DNA of 64,000 nucleotides from Bacillota bacterium (GTDB taxonomy: Bacteria; Bacillota; Clostridia; Christensenellales; UBA1242). Below are positions 61,881 through 64,000 of this stretch, piece by piece (the first letter of the stretch is position 1; every line of letters begins with the position of its first letter). The notes beneath the pieces are model-generated. The model saw only the letters and a program-made list of their open reading frames with translations. It had not been told where the DNA came from and did no database searches. The stretch is taken from contig WRBO01000007.1 in NCBI GenBank assembly GCA_009784555.1, forward strand, positions 139 to 64,138, in the 5' to 3' direction. A program made the translations under genes and the position numbers.

Positions 61881-62701
61881 AACTTCGGCAACTCTACATC
61901 CTTGTGGCATCGCGCCATATATTTAATGTAATCAATTTCAACATACCGCCACAACTCGACCAAATACCCCAAATCGTCACGGTCTACCTTTTTACCTGTG
62001 CGCGCTTCAAACTCATCAACCATAGGCCGATAAAAATCACTCGGTAACCGTCCAATAATCCGCGCCAAATCATGTATGTCGGATGAATACGCAACAAAGG
62101 CATAATCCAACACGGCCTTCAATCTCCCGCGCTTGTCCAAAATAATGTTCCCTGGGTTCAAATCCCCATGACATGGACACCGCACGGCCTCCATCTGTCG
62201 CAACCTATCCATCTTTGAAAAATCATAATCCCCATTATCGGTGGACTCGGCCAATCGGCACAAAAAATCACTGGCCATCTGGCTCTCAACACCATCTAAA
62301 TTGATGCTCTGAACATCCGCAATATAATCCGCCAAATCAACGGCCAACCGTTGCTTCTGTCGGTCGGTCATCGTGGGATACGCCTCCTGCAACACAACCC
62401 CTGGAATCATACGGTGCTTGCTAAAAATCCTGCCTTTATCACGATGTATGGTCTGCCGTGCCGTCACGACCTTAACCTTACCGCGCACAAATCTATTAAA
62501 GGCAACTTCCTTCGACAAACAATCAACCCAAAAATCATTCCGCGGAAAACGAAAGATATACCGTGTGTCCGCGCCCGTCGTCGCGATAAAGACATAATTC
62601 GTCCATCCGGTGGGTATCTTCTGCACCTCAACTACATTCGCCAAATTCTCGCGTATGATTGCATCAAAATCATCTTCAATCGTAAAATATGCTCTTTCCA
62701 T
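61877..62701 (-). CDS. Aminoglycoside/choline-kinase-type phosphotransferase (APH family)
   Basis: Catalytic loop CHGDLNPGNIILD and the downstream VLDYAFV (DFG-equivalent). Confidence 0.85.
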   Translation of the reverse strand: MERAYFTIEDDFDAIIRENLANVVEVQKIPTGWTNYVFIATTGADTRYIFRFPRNDFWVDCLSKEVAFNRFVRGKVKVVTARQTIHRDKGRIFSKHRMIPGVVLQEAYPTMTDRQKQRLAVDLADYIADVQSINLDGVESQMASDFLCRLAESTDNGDYDFSKMDRLRQMEAVRCPCHGDLNPGNIILDKRGRLKAVLDYAFVAYSSDIHDLARIIGRLPSDFYRPMVDEFEARTGKKVDRDDLGYLVELWRYVEIDYIKYMARCHKDVELPKF

Positions 62702-62792
62702 AATATAGGAATATTATACTTACTCGCCCGTCATTCGTAAAGAGTTTATTGCGACTGTTGCATGCATTACATCGGGTGTGCTAAATTGAACC

Positions 62793-64000
62793 ATGTCATA
62801 CAAAATGTCACAAACGGATAACCGAAACTTTCAATGGTTTGAATCAAATCGGACGGTAAACTCCCTCACGGGGATGCGGGTCGACGGCGGAAATATTCGT
62901 GGCGTCTTCCCATGCGCGGTCGACTTCAAATACCCAATATCCTGTTTCGTCGGGGCCAACGGTTCCGGCAAATCCACATTACTGGCACTGGCCGCCTGTG
63001 CATTCCACGGCGTGCCTGGCTTCATCCCATTGGGTCGCAACAACTGGCACTACACGTTCAAAGACTTCTTTATCTTCACACGAAACGAAAGTGGCCTCGC
63101 CAGCATAGAAATGACAAACACAATACGGGAATCCACCGCCGACAAAAAAAGGGCATACCGAAAAAAGCCCAGCGGCAAATGGCAAGACTACAGCCGCCGC
63201 GCACCAAAACGTGTCGTCTTCTTCGGTATCAACCGAATTGTCCCCGCCTCCGAAAACTCAATATCACGCCATCGCCGCGATAACATGCAAACAATAACAA
63301 TTGACCCAACTATCAAAACCAAACTACTGGAATACCTACAAACCATCTTCCAAAAGGTATATACCGACATCACCTTCGCCGAGAGCTTCACGGCAACCAA
63401 AAAATCCTTCCTATTCTCGGTCAAACGGGACACCACCGATTACTCTGGATTCAACATGGGTGCGGGCGAATCATCCGTCATGTATATGCTATACCAAATG
63501 TTAACGGCTGGTAACGGGGCCATGATGGTCATCGACGAAATCGAACTCGGACTGCACCAACTGGCCCAACGAAAATTCATCGACGTGCTAAAGGAAATAT
63601 GCCGCGAAAAACAAATCCAAATCATCTGCTCAACACACTCGGAAATCATCCTAAACGCACTACCACCTGCCGCACGCTTTCTGGTCGAGAGCGACGGGCA
63701 AACCACAAAATTCCTAACCGACATAACCCCCGCATTCGCATTCGGTAAACTGGCAGGGCAAAACAGCGGCGAGCTAAAAATCTTCGTCGAAGACGACGTT
63801 GCAAAAACAATTGTGGAAAACATCCTTACTGCCCAAACACGGCGGCGGGTCAACATCTTCGACATTGGCTCTCACACAACCGTCGTCAACCAAATGGCGG
63901 CAAATCTACGCCAAGGTGACGAAAACATCCTCGTCTTTCTCGACGGCGACCAAAACGCCTCTGTCACAACACATATAAACAATGCACTTAACGAAACAAC
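62793..64000 (+). CDS. ABC/AAA_21-type ATPase fused to a Toprim/DUF4435-like domain (OLD-family, GajA-like or fused PARIS-like). The 3' end runs off the window.
   Basis: Own translation; absent from the track because there is no in-window stop. MSYKMSQTDN...FVGANGSGKSTLL (Walker A), SGFNMGAGESSV (signature-like), AMMVIDEIELGLH (Walker B), CSTHS (H-loop), then KIFVEDDVAKTIVENIL ... ILVFLDGDQN (Toprim-like E ... DxD). Confidence 0.7.
   Translation, partial: MSYKMSQTDNRNFQWFESNRTVNSLTGMRVDGGNIRGVFPCAVDFKYPISCFVGANGSGKSTLLALAACAFHGVPGFIPLGRNNWHYTFKDFFIFTRNESGLASIEMTNTIRESTADKKRAYRKKPSGKWQDYSRRAPKRVVFFGINRIVPASENSISRHRRDNMQTITIDPTIKTKLLEYLQTIFQKVYTDITFAESFTATKKSFLFSVKRDTTDYSGFNMGAGESSVMYMLYQMLTAGNGAMMVIDEIELGLHQLAQRKFIDVLKEICREKQIQIICSTHSEIILNALPPAARFLVESDGQTTKFLTDITPAFAFGKLAGQNSGELKIFVEDDVAKTIVENILTAQTRRRVNIFDIGSHTTVVNQMAANLRQGDENILVFLDGDQNASVTTHINNALNET

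Overview
64-kb chromosomal segment, about 50% GC by eye, from a spore-forming Bacillota (Clostridia-like) bacterium. Lineage evidence: SpoIVB, a SpoIIM-like protein, a DacB/F-type carboxypeptidase, ScpAB and a large Gram-positive-type SRP RNA. The window is densely coding and has no rRNA, CRISPR array, integrase or transposase. All family calls rest on motifs I could read in the sequence; no database search was run. Main blocks: (1) 1-11.4 kb holds a T4SS-like module: a modular pilin-hairpin/SleB-type cell-wall hydrolase ORF, a 1507-aa VirB6-like polytopic protein and a PrgI-VirB4 fusion ATPase, with a GT2 glycosyltransferase and GAPDH interleaved. (2) 11.8-20.8 kb is a complete V-type ATPase operon in ntpFIKECGABD order. 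(3) 20.9-35 kb is mostly housekeeping: P-type Ca-ATPase, a small XRE switch, RNase R, IleRS, methyltransferase/HIT/RluA/phosphoesterase genes and a degenerate IlvD-like paralog. (4) 35-45.8 kb holds SRP RNA, a Met/Gln-rich low-complexity protein downstream of spoIVB, sporulation and segregation genes, and PPDK. (5) 45.8-64 kb is more mosaic: a low-GC DUF2971 island, a fur operon with a near-perfect Fur box, three tRNAs, a GGDEF-like protein, an AT-rich islet next to tRNA-Ser, a 1070-aa surface protein, a zeta-toxin-like kinase, an APH-type kinase and an edge-truncated ATPase-Toprim (OLD/PARIS-like) gene. Two long ORFs that run off the window edges (1..1614 minus, 62793..64000 plus) are missing from the supplied ORF track; I found them by manual translation. 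Other recurring signals are a dispersed family of intergenic repeats with twin C8-9 tracts, a second hairpin-containing repeat, and many genes with a -10 box 6-9 nt from the start codon and no SD (probable leaderless mRNAs).
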